A DNA stretch of 64,000 nt, taken from NCBI GenBank assembly GCA_039934355.1, contig JBDTMI010000008.1:3012-67011 (forward strand), in the 5' to 3' direction. This DNA comes from Gemmatimonadales bacterium (GTDB lineage Bacteria; Gemmatimonadota; Gemmatimonadetes; Gemmatimonadales; GWC2-71-9). The position numbers were made by a program, and so were the translations under genes. The notes under the pieces were generated by a model. That model ran no database searches and had not been told where the DNA came from. It saw only the letters and a list, made by a program, of their open reading frames with translations. This document shows, piece after piece, positions 62,309 through 64,000 of this stretch. Numbering within the stretch: position 1 is the first letter of the stretch; each line of letters starts with the position of its first letter.

Positions 62309-63495
62309 TCGCGGGTACCGGTGAGGGCGTGCCATGATGCGAGGGCCTCTTGAAAGGCGAGCAGATCGTCCAGGGCGAGTGCCGCCGTCTCCCGCTCGGC
62401 GCGGAGCGCATCGAGCACCGGGAGGACGCCGGTTTCTCCCAGTTGATACCCGGTGAGCGCCTTGGCACGCAGCAGGGCGGCGGCCGGGAGCAAGGTGTCG
62501 CGAGCACGGCGAGCTCGGATCGCCGATTCCGCCAGCCGTACCCGCGCGACTTCCACCTGGGACCTGACCTCCATCCGCGCTTCGCTGAGCAGGGCGGCAG
62601 ACTGCTCCGCCCGCGCGGCGGCACCCGCCGCGACCGCCCCACCCCGGTGCCACAGCGGCAGCGGCAGGCTCACGCCGAAGAGCCAGAGCGTTTGCCCGCG
62701 CTGCGACGGATCGGCCCAGTCGGCACCGAATTCCACCGAGGGCAGGGGAATCCGCGCCCGTCCCGCACTCCGGGCCAGTGCTGCCGCGCTGGCCGAATCG
62801 GCCTCGGCTCGGCGAATCGCGGGGACGCGGGCCAGGTCGGCCGACGTGGAGCTGACGGCCGCATCGAGATCGGCGTCCAGCTGGCCCGTGACCGGGGGCA
62901 GCGCACCCGCACCCCACCCGATGGCGCGCGCGAGGGCACTGGCGCTGCGCTGCTCCCCTTCACGCCCGCGCGAGAGTTCCTGCTGCACCCGGCTCGCTTC
63001 CAGCGCCAGCCGGAGGGATTCGACCTGCGGGATCTCCCCCAGCTCGAAACGGTGGGCCGCGAGTGTCGCCGCCGAATCCGCCGCCCGGGCCTGCTCCTCC
63101 GCCAGGCGGCGCGCCTCCCGCCCCGCGAGGGCGCCATAGAAGGCACTGCGGATTTCAAGCCCGAGCGTCGCCTCGATCAGCGCCGAATCGGCGGCGGCGC
63201 GGTCGACTGCGCGAGACGCCGCGCGCCGCTCCGCCCCGCGGGTCAACAACCAATCGAGCGTCTGCTGCACGACGAGGTGCTGCCGCGGCGCATCGTCGGT
63301 GTAGGAATATCCCAGGGTCGGATTGGGTATCACGGAGGCGGCACCGACTCCTGCCCGCGCCTCGGCGACCCCGGCACCTGCGGCCCGCAACTGCGCCCGA
63401 TGGGTCCGGGCGTGCGTCAGTGCCTGCGCGAGGGAGAGGGAATCCGGTGCGGCCGCCTGCAAGAGCAGAACGGTGCCGACCACCAGCGTCAGCAT
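62305..63495 (-). CDS. TolC-like outer membrane efflux protein
   Basis: The signal-like N-terminus is followed by LSLAQAL..A..H and duplicated coiled-coil OEP repeats. Confidence 0.85.
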   Translation of the reverse strand: MLTLVVGTVLLLQAAAPDSLSLAQALTHARTHRAQLRAAGAGVAEARAGVGAASVIPNPTLGYSYTDDAPRQHLVVQQTLDWLLTRGAERRAASRAVDRAAADSALIEATLGLEIRSAFYGALAGREARRLAEEQARAADSAATLAAHRFELGEIPQVESLRLALEASRVQQELSRGREGEQRSASALARAIGWGAGALPPVTGQLDADLDAAVSSTSADLARVPAIRRAEADSASAAALARSAGRARIPLPSVEFGADWADPSQRGQTLWLFGVSLPLPLWHRGGAVAAGAAARAEQSAALLSEARMEVRSQVEVARVRLAESAIRARRARDTLLPAAALLRAKALTGYQLGETGVLPVLDALRAERETAALALDDLLAFQEALASWHALTGTRE

Positions 63496-63732
63496 GGAGC
63501 GATGCTGCGAATATTCATGGAGGGCAAATCATTACACGCACTCAGTACAGGCGCAAGGTGAAGCCCGAGCGTATCAGGAACGCCTGGCTGTTGTCGAACG
63601 TCAGTTTCATCGAACCGAACAAACCTGTGGTAAAGTTGTTCCCGCAACCGAATGAACCGAAGAACTCCCCACCCGGCGAGATTCGGCGTCGGTGTGGTAG
63701 AACCGCTGCCATCCGGCTTCGCTTCGAGTTGA

Positions 63733-64000
63733 CTAGGGGCCCTCAAGGCTGCCTCCCCGATCACTGCTCGGGATGAGATGCAGGGAAACCCGGGTGCGGC
63801 CGGCGACATGCTGGCAGACCAGTCGCCCGCCGTGCTGCGCGGCGATCCACTGGAGGATGCCGAGCCCCAGTCCGCCCTCTGGCTGGGGCGATTCGGCATC
63901 CGTCGCCGTGCTGAATTCCGGAACCGGCGGCCCGGTATTGGACACCACCAGTTGCGTGACCCCGGCATCGGACAGCACCGAGACGCTGACAGGCGACGCG
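63733..64000 (-). CDS. Sensor histidine kinase, C-terminal HATPase fragment (5' part lies beyond the right edge)
   Basis: VSNTGPPVP..GGLGLGILQWIAAQHGGRL (G1/G2 boxes) is present. The frame is open to position 64000. Confidence 0.7.
   Translation of the reverse strand, partial: ASPVSVSVLSDAGVTQLVVSNTGPPVPEFSTATDAESPQPEGGLGLGILQWIAAQHGGRLVCQHVAGRTRVSLHLIPSSDRGGSLEGP

Overview
High-GC (by eye about two-thirds G+C), densely coding bacterial chromosomal segment. I recognised no rRNA, tRNA, CRISPR array, transposase, integrase, phage gene or known defence gene. The taxon cannot be fixed from sequence alone. The gene content (GH57-only glycogen enzymes, type III glutamine synthetase, Oar-type TonB receptor) would fit a Gemmatimonadota- or Acidobacteriota-like soil bacterium, but that is inference.

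Content from left to right:
- a partial PQQ-type sugar dehydrogenase, a SWIB-domain protein and ettA
- a glycogen cluster: alpha-glucan phosphorylase, glgA and two GH57 genes, with a third GH57 gene at 17974
- a five-gene minus-strand amidoligase/hydrolase cluster: esterase, two ATP-grasp ligases, a GCS2 carboxylate-amine ligase and a C26 gamma-glutamyl hydrolase-like amidotransferase
- an orphan PGM1-like ATP-grasp ligase and a Big_2/LVIVD secreted protein
- agmatine-to-putrescine genes aguB and aguA, and an SCP2 protein
- a histidine kinase / REC-HDOD / REC-degenerate-HD-GYP operon, a hybrid kinase, type III glutamine synthetase and an alkaline-phosphatase-family protein
- a roughly 17 kb LacI-controlled locus that looks like a beta-1,2-glucan (sophoro-oligosaccharide) utilisation system: TonB receptor, GH144-like glucanase, ABC importer, an unassigned CBM32 plus (alpha/alpha)6 protein, a GH94 phosphorylase-like protein and an ATPase
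- remnants of a sulfate-uptake operon surrounding an intact sulfite-oxidase-like gene, an Rrf2 regulator and an aldehyde dehydrogenase
- an RND efflux operon and a partial histidine kinase.

Many start sites were set by 4-nt start/stop overlaps (GTGA or ATGA) at 14816, 27643, 28830, 43517, 45219, 48365, 54493, 61283 and 62305.

The most unusual non-genic signal is a family of 7-nt phase-locked tandem repeats (GCTGAAY, GCCGTYR and relatives) in at least 11 intergenic spots.

The best candidates for undescribed biology are the amidoligase cluster, the unassigned 1049-aa enzyme in the glucan locus and the heptamer repeat family. All functional calls rest on my reading of motifs in the translations. 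No database search was run.
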